From Torpedo marmorata (lineage: Eukaryota), in assembly GCA_977017645.1 (NCBI GenBank), contig OZ360246.1, positions 23,932,001 through 23,996,000 on the forward strand: a DNA stretch of 64,000 nucleotides, given 5' to 3'. Every line of letters begins with the position of its first letter. The first letter of the stretch is position 1. Below, in pieces: positions 1 to 12,120 of the stretch. The notes beneath the pieces were generated by a model, which saw nothing but the letters and a program-made list of their open reading frames with translations, did no database searches and was not told the origin of the DNA. Both the position numbers and the translations under genes were made by a program.

Positions 1-574
1 ATTTTGATCTTGGGACATATTTTTTAGCATATTCTATTAGTTGTCCAGAAAACGGAGAAGCTTGCTGAGAGAGCATTAATAGAGTATTGGACAAAGCTGA
101 TAGAATAGCATCCCTTTTCTGAAGGACATTCATTTTTGTTTATGGCAGCCTGACAGCTTCCATGATTATTTCCATAAATTAACAAAGAGAAGAACTAAAA
201 TGGAGAGGGATGAGATGTGGGAATCAGCACTGACCTGTCCTCCTGACCGCAAACGCTGAAACCAGTAACCCAATCTCAGTGAGAGCTCTCAGCACCAACT
301 AACAACCAAAGCCAAGGCCAAGTTGAACCTTATGACGAAGGGCCCAGGTCCGAAACGTTGATTATCCTTTACTTCCAGTGGATGCTGAGTGTCCTTCTGT
401 ATGGCACTACAATCACAGCGTCTGCAGACTTTCCTGTTTAACTCCATGTGCTTCCAAAGCATTTTGACTACTGCTTTGCTGACTCAGTTGATGTAACTTC
501 CATTAAACTACTTGGTGCAGTCATGATCAAACTTGGCCTGGGGTTGTCTGTGACTGAGTTGTGGGGGAAGTGAC

Positions 575-1480
575 TCACTCTACCCTCATGACTGTGTGGC
601 TAGGCACACTTTAAAAGCTATATACAAATTTGCCGATGACAACACGGTTGTCGGCAGAATCACAGACAGCAATGAGGAAGCGTACAGGAGGGAGATAGAT
701 CAGCTAGTTGAGTGGTGTCACACAACAACCTTGCACTCAATGTTAGCAAAACCAAGGAGATGATTGTGGACTTCAGGAGGAAATCACCTGCAACAACTCC
801 ACTGACGGTGTCTGCAGGCCAGAGTGAAATCTGGAGAACACGAAACAGTCCTCATTGAGGGGTCAGCAGTGGAGAGGGTCAAGAACTTCAAATTCCTGGG
901 TGTCAACATCTCTGAGTATCCGTCCTGGAGCCTCCATGTTGATGCAATCGCGAAGAAGGCTCGCTAACGGTTATACTTTGTGAGGAGTTTGAGGAGATTC
1001 GGTATGTCACCAAAGACTCTCGGATACTTCTACAGGTGAACCGTGGAGAGCATTTTGGCTGGTTGCATCACTGTCTGGTATGAATATGCCAACGCTCAGG
1101 ACAAGAAAATCTCCAGAGGGTCGTTAACTCAACCTGCGACATCACGGGCACCAGTCTTCACTCCATCGAGGACATTTACAAGAGGCGGTATCTTAATCCT
1201 CAAGGACCGCCACCACCCAGGCCATGCCCTCTTCACTCTGATACGATTGGGAAAAAGGTACAGGAACCTGAAGACGAGCACTCAGTGGCACAAGGACAGC
1301 TTCTTCCCCTCTGCCATCAGATTCCTGAATGAACAATGAACCACAGACACTGCCTTACGATGTCATCTTTTTCTTGCATTATTTTTATTTATTTTGTAAG
1401 GTGGTTTATATAAATGTGATGCTGCCGCAAAACAACGAATTTCCTGACATGTTCATGACAATAAATTCTGATTCTGATTC
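575..1480 (+). mobile_element. Rex1/Babar-type LINE, 5'-truncated and degenerate
   Basis: KFADD.TVVG RT motif near 626; C-terminus HPGHALF...SFFPSAIRFLN; tail catgacaataaa(ttctga)n. Confidence 0.85.
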
Positions 1481-2357
1481 CTTTGACTTGGGAGTGCATT
1501 CCAACACAGGTGCCCTCAGAGAGACTCCACCATCTTCACTAGGATTAGTGACTGGGCTCATCTTTATCCCTCTGTCACCAACGCTCCAAAAATGTGATTA
1601 ACTGGTCTTTGCCGGTGGTGAGAGCTTGCTGTGCACTGATTGGTTGCAGCCTTTCCTGCATTACTTCATTGGCTGAAAACTGCCTTGAGGCTTCCAGACT
1701 TTTCCCTTCTTTCAGGGATATGACTCAATCCCTTTACAAAGGAGACACCCTCAGAGGATAGTTGCGCAATTCCAACTGGTTACAAACACTTTAATTTTCT
1801 GCTTGTTTTTGGTACTTTTTTCCATTCTGGCCCTTATTTTGATAGAACCTCCTTCAGCTGCAAGGACAAGCCAAGCTGATTTAAGACTTGCATTAATTCA
1901 ACAAAAGACATACTTGGTACCTGGCCAGTTCAGTTGAATAGTTAGAAGATTTATTGCAATATAGCCATTAAAATAATTGCTTTTGATGCATTAACAGATT
2001 TTATACAAAACTGTAGACCAGGAAAAAATAGATTGATTCTCAAAAGGACTTACCAGCTGTTTAAACATCTCTAGCCAACCTTTAAGGAGTGATGGAGACA
2101 GAAAAAATTGTAGATCCTGGAATCAGAAGCAACAGGCTAACTGCCGGAGATACTCAGCAGGTCAGGCGGCTTCTGTGGAGGGAAATAGTCGGTGTTTCAG
2201 GACGAAACCCTGCTTCAGGATTCGATGCAGGGCCTCAACCTGAAATGTCAGCTATCTCTTTCCCTCCACAGAAACCGCCGTGTTCTTCCAGCAATTTGCT
2301 TTATTTTGCTTTAAGGAGGGATATTTGAAAATACGTATTTTTTTTTAAACCAAGGTA

Positions 2358-2577
2358 CAGTAAAACCCCTGTTATCTGGAATTCAAGCAACCAGCAACCT
2401 CAAGCAACAGGTAAAAAAAAATTGCAGAAAATAAATAGGTAAAAAAAACCGGAAGTTTAAAATTGGCGCCCCCTAGCGGTCAGTTCACCAATCACGCAAC
2501 AGTCTCAAGTAACCAGAAAATTCACTTATCCGGTATCTACCAATCCCCATCGGTGCCGGATACCAGGGGTTTTACTG
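2358..2577. mobile_element. Tigger-like MITE
   Basis: TIR CAGTAAAACCCCTG.TATC.GG; TA on the left flank. Confidence 0.8.
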
Positions 2578-4079
2578 TCAAGGTGAGAACCATCAATTCT
2601 GCTTTTCGTTAACAAGCTCTGTTTCATGTGAATAATGTTTGAACAGCTGGCAGTGAAACACTTGCTCTCTTCTTTCCTGAACTTCCCTCTGCAACACTGA
2701 CTTCTGACCTGAATGCTTCCTTTAAAAAACTTCTGGTGCTCACTTGGGAAGTGTGGTAGTGTAGTGGTTATGTTAGTTGACCAACAGCCTGAACTGTGCA
2801 CCATTGATACAGAGACACATGTTCAGTTCCAAGTGGTGGCTGGGGAACTTCAATTATGCTGGAATTAGAGAGGTAGTGTCAACCAAAGGTAACGTTGGGT
2901 ACCTATATACATCTTATTGGTTCACTCCTGACCTTCAGGGAAGGGAACTTGCCAATCTGGTCGATATGCGACTCCAGACCCACCACAGTTGTGGCAATTG
3001 GGGATGGGCAATTAATGCAAGCACTGCCAGTATCATCCAGAGCCAGGAACTACAAGAACAAAGATTAGAGGTGGGAGTACACCATTCAATACTTCACCCT
3101 GCTCCACCATGCAGTAAGTCCATGGCTTATCTTCCACCTTAGCAACACTAACCCCAAATCCTTGATTCCATTCATATCTAAAAATGCATCCATCTTTGCC
3201 TTAATTATGCTCAGCCATTGAGCCTCCATGGCCCTTTTGGGCAGAAAATTGTCTGGTAAAGGAATATTCACACACTCTCTCTGTCTCTCCCCTTACTATG
3301 AGATGACCCCTGGCTGTAGACTCCCAGCCAGCAAAGTATCACCCCCACATGAATTTTAATGAGATCACCTCTCATTCTTCTAAATTCCACAGAGGTCAGG
3401 TGTTGTCTGTTCAATCTCTATTCATCGCTCAATTCTCCCATCCTGGGAATCATTTACTGCATCCCTCATCTACAAGTATATCTTGTGTAAGGAGTCAAGA
3501 CATATACACAATATTCCAGGTGCATTTATAAATTAAAAACACTAACTCCACCTCAGTTAGGTCTCCTCTCAGTCGATTCTGTTCCAAAGAAAATAACCCC
3601 AGCCTGTCTCGTCTCTCCTCACAACTGGGAGTAAATGTTTTAAAATTACACGTCTCATATTTCCTTGTATGCTAGATTTCAAATCCCAGCTCACCTTGCT
3701 GCAGGAAAGTTAAAAACCTCACGATTCGGAATTCTTGGCACGGGGAACTCAGCGTGAACTGGGTGAACCGAATTCCTCCCTTCTGTGTCATAATGACGTC
3801 ATCGTTCCCTCAGGATTGAAGCCAGTGCATGTGGAAGAGGCTATCCTCTGCGCTCAGCCACAGCAGGCTGGAGGCATAAAATGCATTGTCACTCAGACTG
3901 AAGGTGTGAGTGTACCCAGGGAATTGCAGTTGATGGTAAAAGAATGTAAATACGTCTGACAAATATCCTAAACTGCATCAAAGCAGTGTAATAAAAATAA
4001 TTGCTATTAGATGTATTTGGGCATTAAACTGGAAGTATTTCCAGGCTCATAAGATCACCCCATTGGCTGATTTGCACTG

Positions 4080-4831
4080 CAGTAAAACCCCCTGGTATCC
4101 GTCATCTATGGGGATTGGTAGATGCCGGATAAGTGTATTTTCCGGTTGCTTGAGACTTACCTAACTAATACACCTGCATTAAGAATAAACAGTTTAAAAG
4201 ACAAGACAAAAACATTGGTCTTGTATCTGTAAAGTACGCTGTTTGACCTGCTGAGTTTCTCCAGCATTGTGTTTTTACTTCAGTCATGGTGTCTACAAAC
4301 GTTTGTGTTTTACTCTTCTCAATAAGAGACTGTATTTACACTGAACAAACTTCACTTGCATGAATATATAAATCTTAAAGCATTTTACTTTATATTCAGT
4401 CACATTCTTTGAAAACATTTGCATGTTCCTCCCCCTCCACGGAGCTGCCCGAAAGACGAACAATAACATTATAGATACCGTAATTAAACCCCCCTCCCCC
4501 AAGTTTACAGATAAAGCCTCTGACTGGGCGACTCTTACTAAGCAGGGATAAGGAGACACAACGGCGAGCAGCATCAACCAGCTCTTCATCCTGGGCGACG
4601 CCATTCCTGTTTCACACGACTTTATTCAAACTACTAAGGCACTCCGCTGGCTGAATATTTGCTCCCATCTTAACCAAAGGTTTATGTGTTACTTCAGAAT
4701 ACATTTACTTTTACAATTTTAAACTTACGTATTTTAACTATTATTTTATTCTTATTTATTTTAATTTTTTTAATTTATTTTCCCAAATTTTTTTGCCAGT
4801 TGCTTGAATTCTGGATACCAGAGGATTAATG
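4080..4831. mobile_element. Longer Tigger-like MITE of the same family, opposite orientation, containing a Penelope terminal fragment at about 4215-4318
   Basis: Ends match 2358-2577; the interior matches 63692-63930. Confidence 0.75.
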
Positions 4832-4967
4832 TATTGAGTTTTGGTCATCATTTATATGCTTGAAGTGAATAGTGTTGGGCTCATCAGCAAAAGTTTGGGT
4901 TGTCTGTGACGGTAGCTTATTCCCTGAAACTGATAAAGATCTTTTCTTAAAAATCTTGTCTTCACAG

Positions 4968-5117
4968 CATCTTGAAGGCGTTTCGAGTGAGCGACACCTT
5001 CCATGCCCGTCACCATGCCCGATCACGGACATACAACTACCGACTGGTGACAGGGTGCAATCACCACTCTCATCTCCCGGTGTTTGAACGGAATCTCTGC
5101 TGGTCTGTGTCCAGGAG
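4968..5117 (+). CDS. PUSL1: PUSL1 (tRNA pseudouridine synthase-like 1, TruA family) internal exon, equivalent to human exon 4
   Basis: ttcacag| acceptor and |gtgcgt donor; 150 nt. Translates ILKAFRVSDTFHARHHARSRTYNYRLVTGCNHHSHLPVFERNLCWSVSR, carrying the TruA FHAR..A.SRTY.Y motif. This frame is not in the ORF track. Earlier exons lie upstream of the window. Confidence 0.95.
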
Positions 5118-6132
5118 GTGCGTAGACAGATCACCCGGTTGATGCAATTGCTTTTGGCTGTTCAGCAGCCTGATAATCTGTGTAACATGTGAAAGGTTGG
5201 AAAGATGCAAGGACTCGTCACCCATCTCCTTCTATGAGTCATAAACACCCGAATGTGGATGGGAAACAACCCAAAACTCCAGCTCAAACAAGAAGTCTGT
5301 TGTTAACAATGAACAGTAGGGTTTGATTATAACCTGCTTGTGCGCCCATTATAATTTTTAATAGATCACACAGGAAGTTTGGAACCCTTATCCATCAACG
5401 TGACTTCTGATCATTTGAATTCCCAGAGATCAAAAATACATTGTACCACATTATTTTGCTTCTCTGCTTCTCCTTCATCCACTGATTTTTTTAACCAAGG
5501 TTTAGAGGCACTTTTCCAAAATCCCCTTTTCCCACAATCTTTTTGGATTACTTTATTTTTCACTTTTTATCTCTCCTTATTCCATTCCTTGCTATTTTCC
5601 TATAACTATCTTGTTTTCTCTCCTTCCCATTTCAGATGAAGGGTCTTCCACCTGAAATATTAACCCTCTATCTCATTCCACCAATGTTGTTGATTTCAAC
5701 ACATTCTCTCTTTATTTCAGCATTGCAGCATCTGTCGTGTTTCGATTTTCAATACCTTTCTCATTGTCCATGTCCCTGACTATAATCTCTTCCCTTCTTC
5801 ATTCCAACCCTCATTTCTTCTTGCGTTTAATATATAGGTCGGCACCACATCGAGGGCCAAAGGGCTTGTACTGTGCTGTAATGTTCTATGTTTGCTTTCA
5901 TCAACTGGATTACAAGGCCAGAGGACAGTCCGTTCTGCCAGTGGAATTGTCATCGAGCCCAGCGGTGGAGCAGTGACTGGTCGAGGGAAGAATCTGGATG
6001 CACTTCGCACCTGGCCCTCAGCTTTGGTCAAGGCTGCAGCATCTGCAGTCTTTGAGGTTCTTTACACTTGGAATCGGCTGGGGTAGGAATGACAAACGTA
6101 TTCATTTGAATGGAGTCACCAAGCCTCTCGAG

Positions 6133-6277
6133 CAGTGGTTCTCAACCTTTATATTTTCCACTCACATACCACTTTAAGTAATCCCTTACTAACCACAGAG
6201 TACCTATGGAATCCTATGGTTAGTAAGGGATTACTTAAGGTGGTATGTGAGTTGAAAAAGAAGGTTGAGAACCACTG
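6133..6277. mobile_element. hAT/Charlie-type palindromic MITE
   Basis: TIR CAGTGGTTCTCAACCTT; imperfect 8-bp TSD ctctcgag/ctgtagag. Confidence 0.85.
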
Positions 6278-6717
6278 CTGTAGAGGAAGGCAATTGTTAA
6301 GTTATTTTAATGTTCTTAACCATCCCAGCGTTGAATGAACTCGTGCTTAACAGAACAATGAGAGGAGATCGTCTTAGAGGGTTTGAAAGGGTGAATGCTC
6401 AATGACTCTATCCCCTCACCAGACAGACCAGATACAGGAACCATAGCCTCAGCCGGAAACAAACTTCTTATCCACAGTGTAATCACCTGATTCCAGACTG
6501 CGAACTGAAGCGTCCTCACTCTGGAAGCTGTGAATTTTTGCAATGCTGTACCCAGCGAGCTGCAGAGACTCAGTATAGTCGAGGTTGACACTTTGGATAC
6601 TATGAGAATAAGGAGATATGTCATCGAGACCCTCAGCATGGAAACAGGCCCTTCTGTCCACTGACTGCATGCTGGCCACCAAACACACATTTAACACTAA
6701 TCCTGCACTACTATTTC

Positions 6718-7212
6718 TTCAAGATTCAAGATTCCTTTAATGTCACATAATAGTACAGAACATGTAGTATTACACGAAATTGCCTTCTGCTTGCCATAAG
6801 ACAGAGAAAGGGTCGCCATTAGTGTCGCCGGCGCCCCTTACAGTAAGAGAGAAAGAGAAGCAAAAGAGAGTCCCTTCAGAGTCACTGAGTGTCCGTGGAT
6901 TCACCTCCAGCGCTCCTGCAGCTGCACAGACTCCTGTTCGATCCATCGGCAACCCGAGCTCCAGATCCAAACCTCCGACACGATCAGGAAGCCTTCAGCG
7001 CCCGAGGCTCTTCGGGGGCCCTTCTTGCCCTCAGCACCCTCTCGAATCCGGGCTCCGATACCTGGTTCCCATATGCCAGTCTCCAGCAGCCCGCAGCCTG
7101 CGCGGATCCCCCGACCGCTATCGCCCGCAGCCTGTGTGGGTCCCTCAGCCGGTGAGCCCCTCGCTGGTCCGCCGCCGTGGTCACCATCCTGTAGGGTCAT
7201 CTCCTCTGCTTA
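6718..7212 (-). mobile_element. 5'-truncated copy of the GC-rich non-autonomous retroelement
   Basis: Reverse complement matches the 3' two-thirds of the family; (gaatctt)n tail at the left end. Confidence 0.75.
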
Positions 7213-7984
7213 TTCCTTCCACGTTCCCATCAACTCTCTCCAGAATCTACGATGTACCTCTGCGTCAGGGGTGATTTGCACTGGCCAATTAACCAATTGA
7301 CCCGCACATCATTGGGATATGAATCTACTATCCCGCACATCTTCTGGATATAGGAAGAAACTGGAGAAGCCAGAGAAAGGCCACACGGAGAAAACGCAAA
7401 ATACTGGCAGAAGTAGGATCGAACCTGCGTAACCGGAATTGTGAGGCATCGACTCTATTAGCTCCGTCACTGTCCCACTCTCTAGTTGGTAAACCTGTGA
7501 GGTTTGAGAGTAAGACCGATGGGCTCTGCCTGCTTTTTCTGGATTGGAGAGCAGGGTCGAGGGGCCTTCCTTCTCCTCTGTGACTACGAAGACCGTCACT
7601 CACGTTTTGCTGGTCAGCTCAGCGCAAGTGGGCCAGCGGACCAGTTTCTGAGCTCAGTGACTTGACGACATCCCTTCATTCTCGCAGTGCCCGAACAGCG
7701 CGGAGACCTGCTTCAGGGGGAGCTGTACCTCAGCGAGGAATCTCTGATTGTGAGAGCGAGGGAAGTCACTGCAGAAAGGGCTGCTGATGGGGAATGGAAT
7801 CAGGGCTTCGAAGTGGAAGAATGCCTCTTGGAGTTCAGTGGCCTTTTTGCAACAGGAAAATATGCCGAGAATTATTGTCCAAAAAGACTCAAAAGGCCTC
7901 CCTGCAGGTATTAACGTAGAACATTACAACACAGTACAGGACCTTCGGCCCACGATGTTGTGCCGACCCACATATACCTACCAC

Positions 7985-8240
7985 GGGGTGGTACAGTTAG
8001 CGTAGCGGTTAGCGCAATGTATTAACACGCCAGCGACCGTGTTCGAATCCGGTGCTGTCTGTAAGGAGTTAGTACATTCTCCCCATGTCTGCGTGGGTTT
8101 CCTCCAGGTGCTCCGGTATCCTCCCACACTTCAAAACGTACCATGCTCACAGATTAATTGGGATATTTGGGCGGCACGGGCTTATGGGCCGAAAAGGCCT
8201 GTTACCATGCTGTCTGTCAAAATTTTAAATTTTTAAAAAT
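7985..8240 (+). mobile_element. tRNA-derived V-SINE (young family)
   Basis: A/B-box-like head (tagcgtagcgg, gttcgaatcc) and V-domain gttctcccc.tgtctgcgtgggtttcctcc.ggtgctccggt; splits a minus-strand CR1 tail. Confidence 0.85.
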
Positions 8241-8754
8241 CTAAACCCTCCAAACCTCATAACCCTCTATTTTTCTTTCAACTCTGTGCCTGTCTAAGTC
8301 TCTTAAATGCCCCTATTGTTCCAGCCACTACCCCTGGCAAGGCATTCCAGGCACTCACAACTCTCTGTGTGAAAAACTTACCCCTGATGTCACCCCTAAA
8401 CTTTCCTCACTTCATTTTGTACAGACGTCCTCTGGTGTTTGCTATTCCTGCCCTAGGAAAAAGGTGCTGGCTGTCTACCTTATCTACACCTCTCATAATC
8501 TTGTGGACCTCCATTAAATCACCTTTCATCCTTCTTCTGTTTTGTGAATTGTCTTGTTGAATGTTAAGCTGAATGCTCCTTTATATTGGCCATGTTTTCA
8601 TTCGGTGGCTAAATCGTATAGGCAGTCCAGGAAACTGCTGAAACCAAACCAGGTTTGTGGCGAATCAGGGCTTGAATCTCCGAGAGAGGAGGATGTTTCA
8701 TAGACTGAGGCGTCCACAGGCATTTCAGTAGTTGGTTGTTCTGCCCCCAAACAG

Positions 8755-8928
8755 ACCTCTAAACATGGACACCATGCGGGAGGCAGCCCGGATGCTGCTG
8801 GGCACACACGACTTCAGCACATTCCGCTCCTTAAACTCCGAGACTCCCTTCAAGTCACCGCTGAAGACACTGCTCCAGGCCGACCTCACTCCAGGCCTTA
8901 GCATCACCACGCAGCAGGACCACCACAG
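8755..8928 (+). CDS. PUSL1: PUSL1 internal exon (human exon 5 equivalent)
   Basis: aaacag| to |gtgaga; 174 nt, phase 2/2. PLNMDTMREAARMLLGTHDFSTFRSLNSETPFKSPLKTL contains the TruA GTHDFS.F motif. Confidence 0.95.
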
Positions 8929-9061
8929 GTGAGAAGACTGCCCGCTTGCTCATCCGCACCCCCGCCTCCCTCAATCTGGCGGGGGAGGGGACGTGGAAGG
9001 TGTGACTGTCATGAGATGTCAAAGTGTGGATGAAAGTTTTAAACTGATCTCTGGTGGGAGG

Positions 9062-9470
9062 GCAGCTTCTTCCCCTCTGCCATCAGATTCCTGAATGATC
9101 AATGAACCAAAGACACTCCCTTACAGCACCAATAGCCTGAATACGACTGGGATTGTCTGATCTCGGAAGCTAAGCAGGCACAGGACTGGTCAGTACTTGG
9201 AGGGGAGACCGCCTAGGAACACCAGGTGCTGTAGGTTTCTCAAAGTAGCGACTCTCTGTCTGCCTTACGGTAGACAAAAATTAAAGAATTTCATGTATGT
9301 TACATTCTAAATGTAGTATTACGTGACAATAATGGAACCTTTAACTTTCACTTTTTGTGCACTATTTTTATTTATTTTCGTAAGGTGATTTATATGAATG
9401 CTTGCTTTGTGATGCTGCCGTAAAGCAATGAATTTCGTGACTTGTTCATGACAATAAATTCTGATTCTGA
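9062..9470 (+). mobile_element. Rex1-type 3' fragment interrupted by the 5S-SINE
   Basis: Sequence on either side of 9120-9345 joins to the same tail as the copies at 1300-1480 and 26263-26450. Confidence 0.8.
9120..9345 (+). mobile_element. 5S rRNA-derived SINE (SINE3-like) with LINE-type tail
   Basis: About 9120-9238 aligns to full-length 5S rRNA (GTCTGATCTCGGAAGCTAAGCAGG...AGTACTTGGAGGGGAGACCGCCT...GGTGCTGTAGG). It is followed by a tail with hairpin tgtctgcc-ttac-ggtagaca and gtgacaataa. Confidence 0.8.
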
Positions 9471-9933
9471 AGGGTGGTGGGGGGGATCTGGGGGCCAGTG
9501 AGAGTCGGTACAGGGCTTCATTCAAGTAAAAGACTTTCCATTCAGCTGGGCTGTGGGAAGAGCTGACCAGGGCAGCATCACTGTTGTGGGCATCAACAGT
9601 GTGTGGAGTAACATTGAGAAGTTTTTCATGATGGTCAATAATTTTCCACAAGAGAGGGGACAGTAAACTAGAAGGCAAGTTCCAATTTTGTTTTATGGAG
9701 TATTACAGCCTGTGCTACGTAACTGGCCCCCTGGGACTGTGCACAACATTCTTTGCTCTTTGTGGAACGTTTTGCAGTTACAGCCAAGGACATTCTCCTT
9801 GTTCTGCCCCATTATAACCTCAGCACCATTCTCACTTTCCAGCGTGGATGCAACAGTTTACCCTCCTGCCTCACAGCTCCTGGGATCTCGGGTTCGATCC
9901 CACCCTTGAGTCCTGTCCTGTATTCTTCAATGT

Positions 9934-10115
9934 TGGGTGGCACGGTTAGCGTAGAGTTTGTACATTCTTCCCGTGTCGGCGTGGGTTTCCTCCGGGTGCT
10001 CCAGTTTCCTCCCACCGTCCAAAAATTATGGGGGTTGTAGGTCAATTGGGTGTAATTGGGCAGCACGGGCTCGTGGGCCGAAAGGGCCTGTTACCGTGCT
10101 GCATGTCTAAATGTT
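9934..10115 (+). mobile_element. V-SINE, internally deleted
   Basis: V-domain and tail of the same family. Confidence 0.8.
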
Positions 10116-11889
10116 AAGCTTCTTAGCAAATGAAAATTAAGATTACATGCAAAATGTGAAGAAGCATTGAACTTCAATTGATACTTTTCTTCATGAATGA
10201 CAGGCCTGTTTAAGAATTGGGATAATTGCTGAGAGTTTTGTGGTCAATATGCATCTGGGATTTTCTATATCAGCCAACTAAGAAGGGGGTTGGGAGGGTC
10301 TCTTTCATTAGGTCACTGCCACGTCACCCACTTCCTCCCTGTTCCCCTTCACTAACTAGTCCAACCAACGTCTCAGTCGAACGTCCCCATTGGCAGCCAT
10401 GTCTTCAGCTCTCAAGGCCCGAGCCTCTTTTGCTCAGACTTGTTGGCCATCCATTCTACTGTCTTGGCCCATGGCTTGATGAGTAGTTATTGGCCGGGAT
10501 TACTGCCGACAGCCATTCTGGGTTATTTATCATCAATGCCACAAGGATGGACGTTGATTAAAAACAGAAGCAGTTTAAAATCCAAAGAAGTTGTTTGGGT
10601 GAGAACGTCTTGACGTTTCATTGGGACCATAAAAGATGTGATATAAATTTCTATTCAGGGAACTGGAACTTGTCCAAAATGTTGTGTGGCTTGCTATTCT
10701 TTAAACTAAACCATTCACATTACTGCAAGGGATGTAAGAGCTTTGAACTGTTTCCCAAACATGAACATTTGTGTTCATTTTCTCATGTTGGATTGCCTTG
10801 TCAATGCATCGGTGCCTGCTGGGTATTCCCTTCCATGTACTCCAGATCTACCCTTTTCCTCCTATTGTCTCACGGTGCTCCTTCCTCCAGGCCACCAACT
10901 CCATTTCCATTCCTAACTGGTTTTGAGAGGTCTTCTAGTCCTTCCTGCCCTGTTAGGCCCTTTTAAAATGTCAGCGCATCATATCACGGTGTAAAGTAGC
11001 ATGCATTTGTAAAGCAAGTCCATAAGATGATGATGGAATCGGCACATGGTCTGCCCCGACTACGTTTACAGGGTTTGGGCTTCATTGTTTTGAGAAAAGT
11101 CCCCTTGATGACTATCAACCTACTCCAGTGGGATTTGCTCATGTCCTATAAGGAGGACAATCTTTCCTATCCAGTCTGCTTCTGTGTGAGTGCAGATTCA
11201 CAGCAACTGGAAATGGTCCTTAATTCCCCTTTGAAATGGCCTGGCAGTCCACTCAGTTCAAAGGTTGTTAAATGTTTCCAGCAATGCCCACATCTAATGA
11301 AAGAATAAAGAAACTTCTTTTTGTCTTGCCTGCTCTCTTACGTGTAACAGCTGCTTTTATTTTGAACAAAGTCCGATCCGTTATCATGTCATAATCTCTT
11401 GCCAAGATTCATAATTTAAATTCACAATCCTTGGCCAGTTGTGTTCACAACAGAGAAAAAGCTTACATTAGGAGGGCCTTGGTAACGCTACTGCTGTACT
11501 GAAGGAAAACAAAGCAGCCAATTTGCACACAGCATGGTCCCACAAACAGTGACAAGATAATGACCAGGTAGAGATGGTGAGTGGGAAATGTGACATTGTC
11601 CACTGCGAGAAGGAAAAAGAAAAAGAAACATGCTATCTACGGGTGAGAAATTTCAGCGCTCTGGAATGCAGAGGGTCCTGGGTGTCTTTGTGCATGATTC
11701 ACAAATGGCTAATATGACAAGCAGGCAGAAGGCCCCCCCCTACCTTCTGGTATTGCCCTCCTCACCAGACAATGCCACTTGCAGGCCTTGTCTTTGCCCA
11801 CTGTGCTTTGGGCTTGGTCCTCTAACTCGTGTGCACCATTCCTGGACCTCCCTACTCCGAAAATAAACCCAGTTTCTCATGGCTGCTAT

Positions 11890-12120
11890 AATTAGCTGTA
11901 GCGTAGCGGTTAGCGCGATGCTATTACAGCGCCAGCGCCCTGGATTAGAATCCAGCGCTGTGTATAAGGAGTTTGTACGTTCTCCCCATGATCTGCGTGG
12001 GTTTCCCCCAGGCGCTCCGGTTTCCTCCCACCATCCAAAACGTTAATTTGGGTATAATTGGGCAGCACAGGTTTAAATAACAGGAATCGGCTTCTACCTG
12101 CTGTAAATAAAATTTTAAAT
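11890..12120 (+). mobile_element. V-SINE
   Basis: Same head, V-domain and tail. Confidence 0.8.

Noticed and set aside
3814-3905. Exon-like segment next to a TGACGTCA motif
   Set aside because: No similarity to the expected PUSL1 catalytic exon (SSRTD.GVH), and a stop occurs in the required phase.
7688-7907. Exon-like segment with acceptor and donor in a PUSL1 intron
   Set aside because: 220 nt would shift the frame; no recognisable homology; the flanking exons already join correctly.
9120-9238. Functional 5S rRNA gene
   Set aside because: Diverged, solitary, lacks a T4 terminator and is fused to a retroelement tail.
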